Assembly (NCBI GenBank): GCA_046570105.1
Contig: JBKHVI010000001.1
Span: 64,001-128,000, forward strand
DNA length: 64,000 bases
Direction of reading: 5' to 3'
Source of the DNA: Bacteriovoracia bacterium
GTDB lineage: Bacteria > Bdellovibrionota > Bacteriovoracia > Bacteriovoracales > Bacteriovoracaceae
The first letter of the stretch is position 1. Each line of letters starts with the position of its first letter. This document shows positions 40,442-50,153 of the stretch, in pieces. Below the pieces are notes generated by a model. The model did not search any database, was not told the origin of the DNA, and was given only the letters and a program-made list of their open reading frames with translations. Both the position numbers and the translations under genes were made by a program.

Positions 40442-40595
40442 GCAAATTCACCCGTAAGTCCGAACTTGAGTCTCTTTTAATTCATAGAATTACTTGAGGA
40501 CGCTTCATGCAATCTCATAGAAACCATAGTTCATCCTGGCATAAATTAATGCTATTAAATAGGTCGTTGCGCCAGGATGAGACGGGTGAATTTGC
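40442..40595. other. Structured intergenic element (ncRNA or MITE-like) closed by a 14-bp perfect inverted repeat
   Basis: GCAAATTCACCCGT (40442-55)/ACGGGTGAATTTGC (40582-95) plus nested 10-bp stem 40531-40/40571-80. Confidence 0.5.
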
Positions 40596-40615
40596 CGCTC
40601 AGTAAGCGACGCTGA

Positions 40616-41239
40616 TCAGGTAAATACAAATATTTTCGTAGGTTCAATATGCTGATAGTGCATCGACTTAGTCTTGAGTGATTCAAGATTAAGCAAAAAG
40701 CGCAACTCTTCTTCAAAAGAGTTCATCTTACGAATTTTCTTTGACTGTTTTTTGAGAATTGAACGTGTTGTTTGCGGAAGTGTGCAAACACCGTGAAGCA
40801 TAAAGCTCTCAGTCTTGTAACGAATTACGCGACCGATGAAAAGATCGTCTTCCACAAGGCCAATGTTCTTATGACCTTTAGCGAGAGTCACTTTTTCGTC
40901 ATGAAGAATGTCTTTGAGTACTATCTGGCGACGGAAATTCACTTTGCTGAATTCTAGTAGCGTGTGGTTTACATTCAAAAAAGCCTGCGACAAATCTTCA
41001 TCAAGTTGTTCGCGACGAATGTAGTCTTCGACTAATTTTTTTCCTGAATCATCTTTCCACTGAAACAAGTACCACTCATTAAAACAGTGCATGCGACTTT
41101 CAAACTCATCTTTGTCTTCATCAAGTTTGCCGGTAAGACCAATGTAAGTCTCTTTCGCTTGTTTTAAGCGTTCGAAATATTCGCCCTGGGTATAAAGGGT
41201 GAGCATCTTTTCAATATGAGAATCTATGAGTTCAAGCAT
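40616..41239 (-). CDS. Hypothetical protein
   Basis: 207-aa ORF 10 nt downstream of lepA. Confidence 0.75.
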   Translation of the reverse strand: MLELIDSHIEKMLTLYTQGEYFERLKQAKETYIGLTGKLDEDKDEFESRMHCFNEWYLFQWKDDSGKKLVEDYIRREQLDEDLSQAFLNVNHTLLEFSKVNFRRQIVLKDILHDEKVTLAKGHKNIGLVEDDLFIGRVIRYKTESFMLHGVCTLPQTTRSILKKQSKKIRKMNSFEEELRFLLNLESLKTKSMHYQHIEPTKIFVFT

Positions 41240-41249
41240 GGAGTCTATT

Positions 41250-43058
41250 CTACTCGTCGACCTTCAATACTGCCAAGAAAGCTTCTTGAGGAATCTCTAC
41301 GTTCCCGACCATTTTCATCCGCTTTTTACCCTCTTTTTGCTTTTCGAGGAGTTTGCGTTTACGGCTAATATCACCGCCGTAACACTTGGCCAAAACGTTC
41401 TTTCGGAGAGCTTTTACCGTCTCGCGGGCGATGATTTTTGCTCCAATTGCAGCTTGAACGGCAATATCAAATTGCTGGCGATCAATCAGTTTCATGAGCT
41501 TGTGAGTCAAATCCCGACCGCGGTTAAATGAATTATCACGGTGAGTAATAATTGAGAGTGCGTCGACCTTATCGCCATTGAGAAGTACATCCAACTTCAC
41601 TAGGTCGGCTTCTAAGTATTCATGGAGATCATAATCCATGGAAGCATATCCCTTAGAGAGAGACTTCAGTTGATCATAGAAATCATACATCATCTCAGAA
41701 AGAGGCAAGATATAGATGAGCTGCACGCGCTCTTCAGTGATGTAATTAATCGCCTGTTGTTGCCCGCGGCGATCTTCGCAGAGCTTAATAATTTTTCCGA
41801 CATAATCATTAGGAAGATGAATAGAAAGTTTTACTGTCGGCTCTTTAATACATTCAATGAAAGTGACATCTGGAAGCTTGGATGGGTTTTCAATAATAAC
41901 GACTTCACCTTTAGTCGTATGCACCTCATAGGCACACGAAGGGGCGGTCGAGATGAGAGCAAGATTGAACTCACGCTCTAAGCGCTCTTGAATAATATCC
42001 ATGTGGAGGAGACCCAAAAAGCCACAACGGAAACCAAAGCCCAGGGCCTGAGAAGACTCTGGTTCGTAAGTAAATGAACTATCATTCAAAGCAAGCTTTT
42101 CAAGCGCGTCTTTTAAGACTTCATACTCCTCAGAGACAACTGGGAAAACTCCACAGAAAACCATCGGTTTTACTTCTTTGTAGCCTTTCAAGTAGGGTGT
42201 GGTTTCTTTCTGGGAAGTATGAACAATCGTATCGCCCACCTTCACATCGCGAATCGTTTTGATGCCACAAATGATCATGCCAACTTCACCGGCCCCGAGC
42301 TCTTCGACTTCTTGGTAGAAGGGTGTGCTAACGGCAAGCTTAAGAACTTCGTGATCCATATGACTGTTCTTAAAATGAATCTTGTCTTTAAGTTTAATCG
42401 CGCCTTCCATCACACGGGCAAGAACTACGACACCACGATAAGAGTCAAACCAAGAATCAAAAATCAAAGCTTGTAATGGATTTGCACTGAGGCCTTTCGG
42501 CGGTGGTACACGCTTTACAATTTCTTCAAGAAGAACATCGACACCCAAACCAGATTTACCAGACACACGAGGAGCGTCTTCAGCAAGAATGCCGATGACA
42601 TCTTCGATCTCTTTCATGACTTTTTCTGGATCAGCGTGAGGCAGATCAATCTTGTTGATCACCGGAATAATTTCGAGATTGTTTTCTAGCGCCATATAAA
42701 CGTTGGCGAGCGTTTGAGCTTCAATCCCTTGAGAGGCATCAACCACCAAAAGAGCGGCTTCACAGGAGGCCAATGAGCGCGAGACTTCGTAGGTAAAATC
42801 CACATGTCCCGGCGTGTCAATTAGGTTAAACCAATAATCTTTTCCATCTTGGGCACGGTAACGCAGACGAACGGTTTGAGCCTTAATCGTAATGCCCCGC
42901 TCCTTCTCCAAATCCATATTATCAAGCAATCGATCAGACTTTTCCCGCTGGGTAATAGAGTTCGTCATCTCAATGAGACGGTCAGCGAGCGTCGACTTAC
43001 CATGGTCAATGTGAGCGATAATGGAGAAATTGCGAATGAACTGGGGATCTAAAGCCAT
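41250..43058 (-). CDS. lepA: Elongation factor 4
   Basis: [46 protein letters not shown]. Confidence 0.99.
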   Translation of the reverse strand: MALDPQFIRNFSIIAHIDHGKSTLADRLIEMTNSITQREKSDRLLDNMDLEKERGITIKAQTVRLRYRAQDGKDYWFNLIDTPGHVDFTYEVSRSLASCEAALLVVDASQGIEAQTLANVYMALENNLEIIPVINKIDLPHADPEKVMKEIEDVIGILAEDAPRVSGKSGLGVDVLLEEIVKRVPPPKGLSANPLQALIFDSWFDSYRGVVVLARVMEGAIKLKDKIHFKNSHMDHEVLKLAVSTPFYQEVEELGAGEVGMIICGIKTIRDVKVGDTIVHTSQKETTPYLKGYKEVKPMVFCGVFPVVSEEYEVLKDALEKLALNDSSFTYEPESSQALGFGFRCGFLGLLHMDIIQERLEREFNLALISTAPSCAYEVHTTKGEVVIIENPSKLPDVTFIECIKEPTVKLSIHLPNDYVGKIIKLCEDRRGQQQAINYITEERVQLIYILPLSEMMYDFYDQLKSLSKGYASMDYDLHEYLEADLVKLDVLLNGDKVDALSIITHRDNSFNRGRDLTHKLMKLIDRQQFDIAVQAAIGAKIIARETVKALRKNVLAKCYGGDISRKRKLLEKQKEGKKRMKMVGNVEIPQEAFLAVLKVDE

Positions 43059-43112
43059 ATGTGTCCTGGGAGCCGTTTTAAGTACGGCGCCCAGAATAGC
43101 GCAAGAGTGACG

Positions 43113-44282
43113 TTAGTTAAACACCTCTTGCGAGATGATCATCATGTAGTAATCCGAGTTATTATCCTTAGCACGGATCGGGATTACGTTAGCATAGCCG
43201 TGATAAGGCTCGTCGAGGTCTTGGTAAACGTACTCATTAGTCTCAGGATCGAGCACTTTTTTGCGGCGAGGAACGGTAATTTCAGCGTTTTCAATTTTGG
43301 AGCGACGCTTAATTGCTACATCGAATGTTTCAACGATTGAATCTGGAAAGTTAACGTCCAAAAACTCTTTGTTAATAACGTCATCTGACTGCAAATCAAG
43401 CAGGCTATACATACTGTTGTTCATGTAAACAAGTGCACCTTTGGCGTTGGCCACCAAAACGTTCTTCTTTACCATATTGGCCAATAGATCGAACTTACGA
43501 TGCTCAACATTGATTCGGTCAGCACGTAACTCTTCAAAGCGCTTGATTGAAGCAATCATTTTATTAATCTCGCGCGCCAACTCACCAATCTCATCGTTTT
43601 GATTATAGTAAATACTTACGTCGAAATTACCTTCGCGTAGCTCTCTGACAGCGTCACGGATCTTCTTGAAAGGCATGGCAATCTTGCCTGGGATAACCAA
43701 CGAAAGAAGAATCGTACCCAAAAACGTAATGATTAAAGTGATCAGCATATTACGGCGAGTTTCACCAATAATGGACTTCACTTGTTTGTCGCGCTGTTCA
43801 TTCTGATAATATTGGATGTCTTGGAAATCGGAGAAGGCTTCGAGAATTTTATCAGTCAGTTCCGAAATGGTCGCAAGGCCCGCGTTGTCTCGATAAAAAA
43901 GAGCGGACTTACGAATAATCGTTTGCAGAGATTCTACGTAGCCTAACATTTTTGAAATAATCTTTTTTGCTTCAACTTCAGAATAATAACTGTCTAGACG
44001 TTGGAGTTGGGTTGAGAAACCTTCGCACAGTACTTGCAAGCGACGAAGATCTTCCTCATTCGATTTAGTCGTAAGGATTTTCTTTTGAAGCTTGAGAATT
44101 GAAACGGTACTCATGCGCACTTCATCTGACAAAAGACTGATCTTGTTGGTGTTGTCAGTGATGGAGCTAATTTGAGTATTGAGAGAATCAAGGAAGAAGA
44201 AAACGGTAAAGCCCATAATCAGAACCACCAGGTTCGCAATAATGAAGCTTGCAGCGACTCGACCTTTTAGTGAGAGATTCAT
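43113..44282 (-). CDS. Membrane sensor-like protein: TM-periplasmic helical domain-TM-HAMP-PAS, no output domain
   Basis: Two TMs; HAMP (PFKKIRDAV..DEIGELAREINKM); PAS-like tail; ends without HisKA. Confidence 0.75.
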   Translation of the reverse strand: MNLSLKGRVAASFIIANLVVLIMGFTVFFFLDSLNTQISSITDNTNKISLLSDEVRMSTVSILKLQKKILTTKSNEEDLRRLQVLCEGFSTQLQRLDSYYSEVEAKKIISKMLGYVESLQTIIRKSALFYRDNAGLATISELTDKILEAFSDFQDIQYYQNEQRDKQVKSIIGETRRNMLITLIITFLGTILLSLVIPGKIAMPFKKIRDAVRELREGNFDVSIYYNQNDEIGELAREINKMIASIKRFEELRADRINVEHRKFDLLANMVKKNVLVANAKGALVYMNNSMYSLLDLQSDDVINKEFLDVNFPDSIVETFDVAIKRRSKIENAEITVPRRKKVLDPETNEYVYQDLDEPYHGYANVIPIRAKDNNSDYYMMIISQEVFN

Positions 44283-44294
44283 ATTCTATAATCC

Positions 44295-44990
44295 TTAATT
44301 CTCTTCCAGATCATGGAAAAGTTTATCTAAGTTTTTGTCATTACCTACGATGACCACGATATCGTCTTCTTCGATAATATCCATCGGCAATGGACTATCG
44401 TTAATCACCACTTTAAATGCTGCCTTACCATCTTCGTTAACCGTCGGGACACGTATCTGGAGAGCTACGATGTTCAATGAGTATTGCTGACGAATCTGAC
44501 TCTCCACCAGTGTCTTACCGTGAAAACGTTTACCTAACTTCAATTCTACAATTGAGTATCCAGCCGAGAAGTTAAAGCGCTGAAGGACATAGGGAGCAGC
44601 AATTTTGGAAGCAATAATCTCTCCCATTTCTTCTTCAACCTTAACGATCTCAGAAGCACCAACCTCTTTAAGAACGTGTTCATGAAGTGGATTGGTGGCA
44701 CGAGCAATAATACGACCGACACCTAGCTTTCTAAGCGAAGCTACCGCAAGAATAGACATCTGCACGTTATCACCAATAGCGACAACTGCAGTATCTACGT
44801 CAGTAATATTAAGCGCACGCATCGATTTCTCTTGAGTTACATCAATACAAACTGCGTGGGTCGCTCGATCTTTAATTTTTTCTACTAATTCAGGATTACT
44901 ATCAATTGCGAGTACCTCTGCACCCTTTTCATAGAGACGTGTGGCCGTCTTCGCACCGAATGTTCCTAAACCAATGACTGCAATAAACAT
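44295..44990 (-). CDS. ktrA: TrkA/KtrA potassium uptake RCK subunit
   Basis: VIGLGTFG Rossmann motif and RCK-C domain. Confidence 0.9.
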   Translation of the reverse strand: MFIAVIGLGTFGAKTATRLYEKGAEVLAIDSNPELVEKIKDRATHAVCIDVTQEKSMRALNITDVDTAVVAIGDNVQMSILAVASLRKLGVGRIIARATNPLHEHVLKEVGASEIVKVEEEMGEIIASKIAAPYVLQRFNFSAGYSIVELKLGKRFHGKTLVESQIRQQYSLNIVALQIRVPTVNEDGKAAFKVVINDSPLPMDIIEEDDIVVIVGNDKNLDKLFHDLEEN

Positions 44991-45002
44991 ACAAGGCCTA
45001 CC

Positions 45003-46736
45003 TTATCCAATGAGAATTTTACTTTCAGGGTAACGAATACGTGAGCCAGTGCCTGCTGCATTTTGGCCAACGGCCAAAAGCAAGGTCAATGGTCCCACTC
45101 GACCAATAAACATAACAAGAACCAGCATCAACTTTCCTAACGTCGATAGTTGCGCAGTAATACCAAGACTTAAACCAACTGTGCCGAATGCCGACATTGT
45201 TTCAAACATGAGTGCCAAGAATTCTTTACCCGTCTCAAGACGCATCATAATCAAAAGCGCCACGCTCACAGTTATGAGGGAAATAATAACGATAGCAATT
45301 GAGCGTACGACGAGTACATTGGGCAGGGTACGCTCGAACATTTCAACACGCTTATTGTTAGTAAGCGTCGCTTTTACGGATTGAATCAAAATAGCAAAGG
45401 TCGTCGTTTTGATACCGCCACCAGTTGAGCCGGGCGAAGCACCGACAAACATTAACAAGATAATCATGTAGATCGAATGCGGATGAAGCTCCGTTATAGG
45501 GATCGTATTAAAGCCTGCCGTTCTGGTTGTGACACTTTGGAAGAATGCAAGTTGCACTTTTTCCCACAGAGAGTATTCCACAAATGCATGGAGGAACTCT
45601 CCAAAAAACAAATAGGTCATACCAAAGGCCAATAACAAAATGTTGGTTACGATCACAATCTTGCTATGCAGAGTAAAATCAATCAATTTTTTCTTTGTCT
45701 TAAAGGCTTGTTGAATCTCCTGAATAACCAAGAAACCCAGACCTCCCGAGATAACAAGCACAGCAATTGTTCCATGTATCAGAGGACTGAACCTAAAATC
45801 TTCAAGACTATTATTGAATAAAGCGACACCGGCATTACAGAAAGCAGAGATAGCGTGATAAAAGCCAAAATAAAGTGACTGCCCGATTTCATAATCTTCC
45901 AGATAAAAACCAATCGTGAGAACTATCGCACCAGCAAACTCGATCAACATCGTGAACTTCACAATATCAATAATCAAACCCAAGAGCTCTTCTGAGCTTG
46001 ATGAGTCAAGTACGTCTTGCATCATGACTTGTTCACGAACACCTAGTGAGCGCCCCATAAAGAGGGCGACAGAAGATGAAAGAGTCATGATTCCTAATCC
46101 GCCAATCTGAATCAATGTCAAAATGACAAGCTGACCAAAAAGCGAAAAATCATCTGCGACAGAATTTGTTGCCAACCCCGTCACGCATGTCGCCGAAGTA
46201 GACATAAACAGAGCATCTACAAATGAAACTGTTTTTCCAGTCTGAGCAGAAATTGGCAAAACAAGGAGCAAGGCTCCTACTAAAATAATTAATCCAAACG
46301 ACAAGATCACTAACTGGGCTGGAGATAGTTTTTTGTCGTAAATCCAACTTAGGCCCTGGACGGTAGGAGCTCTACTCGACTGAGAGGACCCTCGCTCATT
46401 TAGAGAAATGATCGTGGAGAATAAATGAACTACCGTTAACCAGTAGGTAAACTCACCATCTCCAAAAGTGAGCAACATGGGGATAAAAATAATTAAACTA
46501 AAAACATACTTACGAACAAAATCTTCAAGACCATCACTTCGTCGATAATGCGCCAAAATCGTAAAGGCTACCAAGATAGGTGCCAACCAAACTGCCCACT
46601 GACTTAGATATTCAGCAGGTATACCTTCAAAAAACTTTGGAAGCTTGTTGGATTTTGTAAGCGTAAATAATGCAACGAACGCTCCGTTGCCTACTAGCTC
46701 CAAAATATAAGGGGCCCGCGCCCATAATTGCTTCAT
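45003..46736 (-). CDS. ktrB: TrkH/KtrB potassium uptake membrane subunit with N-terminal TM extension
   Basis: SATCVTGL, SAFCNAG, TTRTAGF, GSTGGGIK, SAFGTVGLS, MFIGRVG. Confidence 0.93.
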   Translation of the reverse strand: MKQLWARAPYILELVGNGAFVALFTLTKSNKLPKFFEGIPAEYLSQWAVWLAPILVAFTILAHYRRSDGLEDFVRKYVFSLIIFIPMLLTFGDGEFTYWLTVVHLFSTIISLNERGSSQSSRAPTVQGLSWIYDKKLSPAQLVILSFGLIILVGALLLVLPISAQTGKTVSFVDALFMSTSATCVTGLATNSVADDFSLFGQLVILTLIQIGGLGIMTLSSSVALFMGRSLGVREQVMMQDVLDSSSSEELLGLIIDIVKFTMLIEFAGAIVLTIGFYLEDYEIGQSLYFGFYHAISAFCNAGVALFNNSLEDFRFSPLIHGTIAVLVISGGLGFLVIQEIQQAFKTKKKLIDFTLHSKIVIVTNILLLAFGMTYLFFGEFLHAFVEYSLWEKVQLAFFQSVTTRTAGFNTIPITELHPHSIYMIILLMFVGASPGSTGGGIKTTTFAILIQSVKATLTNNKRVEMFERTLPNVLVVRSIAIVIISLITVSVALLIMMRLETGKEFLALMFETMSAFGTVGLSLGITAQLSTLGKLMLVLVMFIGRVGPLTLLLAVGQNAAGTGSRIRYPESKILIG

Positions 46737-46926
46737 CACTCTATTCTAACGCTCGAAGGCCAGCTTTCCCACAGGAAGAACACTCCTATCTCTGAGTAGA
46801 TTGATCAGCTAGGCTTTCGTGATGACTGCCCCTATGGTGAGTTAAGAATTAAATAGCTTTGCTAAAAAGGGTGCGCATTGACTAGAATTTAGTTGTTTCG
46901 AACACCTGTGTCATAGAGAGGAAAAC

Positions 46927-47742
46927 ATGAGAGCCCACCTACATTTTTTGGCTTTTGTTTTGTTAGCAGTTTCTTGTGCGAGTAAGCCCGACATGAGCAA
47001 GAAACAAGCTGATATTCTTTACAATCACGGCACCGAAGAGTTGCTTAGCAAAAACTACACTCAAGCGATCGGTCACTTGATGAACGCGGCTAAACTTGAG
47101 CCTACCAATCCTTTGATCCATAACAACCTGGGAATGGCGTACTATTTTAAAAATGAAAAAGAACTCGCTCTCCAGCACGTCAGAAGATCTTTAGAACTTG
47201 ATCCGAAAAACACAGATGCTAGAGTTAATGTTGCTTCCTTGCTCTTTGAGCAAGGAGATTTCATTGGCGCTGAGAAGAACTACCTCGCTGCACTTAAAGA
47301 TCTCAGCTACGAAAAACATGCACGGACCTACTTCAATCTTGCTTTAATTGAACTGAGAAAAAAGCAAATCACAAAAGCCGTCGGTTATTTGAATGCATCC
47401 ACCAAAGAAGACAACAACTATTGTCCTGCTTGGTATCAACTGGGACAAATTGAATTCCAAAGCAGACGCTTCAAGGCAGCCAGCAAACATTTTCACCAGG
47501 CCCGCATGGGATCTTGTGTAGCCGACCCTGCCCCACTCTACTGGCAGGCGATGACTGATATTGAAATGGGTGAATACTTAAACGCTCGAATCAAGCTTGA
47601 TGAACTCATGGAGAAACACTCTGGCTCATCTTATGTTCCACTAGCCCAACAAAAAATGAGTGAAATTCATTTGCGCGAGAACTCTGCAATGAATCAACAT
47701 TCGGGTTCACAATCAAACATTGCTGAACCACCTAAATTTTAA
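46927..47742 (+). CDS. TPR lipoprotein, PilF/PilW/Tgl-like pilotin
   Basis: Lipobox LAVSC, TPR repeats (HNNLGMAY), upstream of rodZ. Confidence 0.75.
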   Translation: MRAHLHFLAFVLLAVSCASKPDMSKKQADILYNHGTEELLSKNYTQAIGHLMNAAKLEPTNPLIHNNLGMAYYFKNEKELALQHVRRSLELDPKNTDARVNVASLLFEQGDFIGAEKNYLAALKDLSYEKHARTYFNLALIELRKKQITKAVGYLNASTKEDNNYCPAWYQLGQIEFQSRRFKAASKHFHQARMGSCVADPAPLYWQAMTDIEMGEYLNARIKLDELMEKHSGSSYVPLAQQKMSEIHLRENSAMNQHSGSQSNIAEPPKF

Positions 47743-47751
47743 GGTTGTAGT

Positions 47752-48939
47752 ATGGTAAACGAAACGACTCCTCATTCTCCCAACGTCATGCACATTGGTG
47801 ACTATCTCAAAGCGAAGAGAGAAGAAACGAAGCTCTCTCTAGAAAAAGTCTCTCAAAAGACCAAAATTAATTTAAATATTTTGCGCTCTCTTGAAGCCAA
47901 TGACTTTCAAGCTCTTCCAAGTCCTGCCTACGTAAAGGGATTTGTTATGAGTTACGCGCGAGTGGTTGGTCTGAACTCAGATGAAGTGATTCACAAACTT
48001 GAATACTCATATCTAACAATTATCGGGAAACCTTTTCCTGCCCTCAATCACACTCGTAATCTTCGACCAACTCAAGACACGACTGAAGTTGCGACTAAAT
48101 CAGAAAAAAAAGATACCTCACCAGAAGATATCTTGAATCATGAAGAAGCTATCGAGAAAAGAAAGAAGGTCGTTGTTCCTTCGCTAGTTTTTGCCGGTGT
48201 AATTATTATCTTTGTTGGTCTTTACCAGATTGTAACTAAAACAGTCGAAGGTGAAGCGAATCGAAAAGAAGAAAAGCCTTACGGTGCAACCTTTGCACCG
48301 AGTTCTGAATTAGCTGATATCAACAAACCAGTTGTTGCTAAGAACGAAGATACTGAAAAAGCAAAAGAAGTTGAGAAGGTAGCTGAAGCCCCTAAAGAAG
48401 CTGTTAAAGAGAAAGAAAGTAAAGAACCCCCAGAAACGACACCAGAGCCTACTAAATCAGTTAGAAGAAATTTTCCTAAAAAAGATTTTAGAAAAATCTC
48501 TACTCGTCTTTTTGTTGTCATGAATGAAGCACCAGAGAATCAAGATGAAAAAGTTCTCCCATCTCGAATTAAGAGTGCTTTCAATCGGGATATGGAAAAT
48601 ATCTATATCGTAGCGACTGAGGGTAACACTTGGCTCAGCTATCAGGTTGATGGCTCTCCAATTGAGAGCGTCATCCTTGAGAAAGGCAAAGATCTTTTCC
48701 TGCAAGGAAAAGAAGTTTTGATGTTTTTAGGAAATGTAAAAGTGACCAAAATCTTTTATCAAAACCGTATGATCGATGCTCCAACTCCCACAGGTTTTAA
48801 AAGTCTTATTTTTCCTGAGTCACAAAATAGTAAACACGTTCTACCGCTCTTCCCTAAGGCGGCTGACGATATCCTCTATACCGCTGAAGAATATCAAAAA
48901 CGTATGAAGCTGGAAGAATCGGAGCTAGGTCAACCCTAG
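47752..48939 (+). CDS. rodZ: RodZ-like cytoskeleton protein (HTH-TM-periplasmic)
   Basis: IGDYLKAKRE..LSLEKVSQKTKI..LEANDF..LP..YVKGFV..YA; single TM. Confidence 0.8.
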   Translation: MVNETTPHSPNVMHIGDYLKAKREETKLSLEKVSQKTKINLNILRSLEANDFQALPSPAYVKGFVMSYARVVGLNSDEVIHKLEYSYLTIIGKPFPALNHTRNLRPTQDTTEVATKSEKKDTSPEDILNHEEAIEKRKKVVVPSLVFAGVIIIFVGLYQIVTKTVEGEANRKEEKPYGATFAPSSELADINKPVVAKNEDTEKAKEVEKVAEAPKEAVKEKESKEPPETTPEPTKSVRRNFPKKDFRKISTRLFVVMNEAPENQDEKVLPSRIKSAFNRDMENIYIVATEGNTWLSYQVDGSPIESVILEKGKDLFLQGKEVLMFLGNVKVTKIFYQNRMIDAPTPTGFKSLIFPESQNSKHVLPLFPKAADDILYTAEEYQKRMKLEESELGQP

Positions 48940-50066
48940 CTCTGCCAGTCGAGCTTGCGATAAAGATGTATTCCTAGAATGAGCAGGAAAGCGTCTGGAA
49001 CAAACATCGCAATCGGCATTGGAATTTGCCCTTTACGGGCCATCGCCACCAAACTGAAAAATAATGTGTAGAAAAGTATGAGGCTTCCCAAGGCCCACAG
49101 TGAGGAATTTCTTCCTTTACCTCGACTCTCTTTAATCCCCAAACCAAAACCTAAGAAGCAAAGCAGCAAACAAACGATCGGTGTATTGCGACGGTTCCAA
49201 TACTCGTAAACCGAATTGAATAAGTCTTTCTGACTAAATTTATATTTTAACTTAGCTTCTTCAACAGACATCTTTGTCACAGCAGTTAATTCATCACCGG
49301 CTAACATCGTCTCCTTGGGATTAATACGATCAGAAAACTTATTTTGCGAGATTGGAAGTGAGTAAGTTTGAAAGAGAATTTTTTCGATGTCAGTTCCCTT
49401 CTTCTTGATTCCAGTAATACTTCCGTCAAACAAGTTGAGCGTAAGCTTCTCTACTAGCGTTGTTGTATCGCGCTCATAAATCAATTCACCTTTGCGGGCC
49501 ATAATCACACGCTCGCCGTCATCCTCTGTCGCATGAAGAAAAACTCCACCCAAATCACGACCATCTGTCGAAACAGTCGTTGGAAAGAGAGTGATTTTTG
49601 GAATGGCTGTAAAAAATTGTCCTGCCTTAATTGAAGCAATCAAGCCACTGGAAGTGAGAAAGTTTACCTGACGACGAAAGGCTCGATTGGTGTGAGGAAT
49701 AACTTCTTGACCCAAATAATAGACACTGGTGGAAAGAATAACTGCCACAATTAGGAACGGAGCAAAAAGCCGCCCCTTGGTAAGACCGGCTGCACGCATC
49801 GCAATATATTCTGAGTCTGTGCTCAACTTATTCAAACAGAAGATCACAGAGAAGAAAGTCGATAAGGGGAGGGCCAGTGGAATAAACGTCAACGCGAGGT
49901 TTCCCATCAAACTAGTGAGAAAAGTGACTGAAATATCACGACTCATTAACAACGCTGTAAGCCGGAATAACTCAAATGTGAGGAGGAAGCAGACAAAGAA
50001 TAGCAAACTCACCACCAAAGGGAGGATGAAGTTGGCCGCTAGATACCGTTGCAATAATAGTCTCAT
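48936..50066 (-). CDS. lptF: LPS export ABC permease LptF/LptG family
   Basis: LQRYL, LSTDSEYIAMRAAG, six TMs; divergent from pepA. Confidence 0.85.
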   Translation of the reverse strand: MRLLLQRYLAANFILPLVVSLLFFVCFLLTFELFRLTALLMSRDISVTFLTSLMGNLALTFIPLALPLSTFFSVIFCLNKLSTDSEYIAMRAAGLTKGRLFAPFLIVAVILSTSVYYLGQEVIPHTNRAFRRQVNFLTSSGLIASIKAGQFFTAIPKITLFPTTVSTDGRDLGGVFLHATEDDGERVIMARKGELIYERDTTTLVEKLTLNLFDGSITGIKKKGTDIEKILFQTYSLPISQNKFSDRINPKETMLAGDELTAVTKMSVEEAKLKYKFSQKDLFNSVYEYWNRRNTPIVCLLLCFLGFGLGIKESRGKGRNSSLWALGSLILFYTLFFSLVAMARKGQIPMPIAMFVPDAFLLILGIHLYRKLDWQS

Positions 50067-50153
50067 GACTAGAAAAGGTTACCCGTGAAGCGTGTTCTAG
50101 GCAACCAACCGGCCCCATGCTACCCTCTTGAAGTTTAAAATTTAGGAGGATCT

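Noticed and set aside
40442..40595. 6S RNA or c-di-GMP (GEMM) riboswitch identity for the intergenic element
   Set aside because: The internal loop is strongly asymmetric (75 nt versus 1 nt), unlike 6S, and the GEMM tetraloop/receptor motifs are absent; kept only as an unknown element.
46740..46926. c-di-AMP (ydaO) riboswitch upstream of ktrB
   Set aside because: No ydaO consensus, and ktrB appears to have a leaderless-type start.
48936..50066. lptF without an adjacent lptG as a novelty
   Set aside because: Split lptF/lptG loci are plausible and the partner may lie outside the window; this cannot be judged here.
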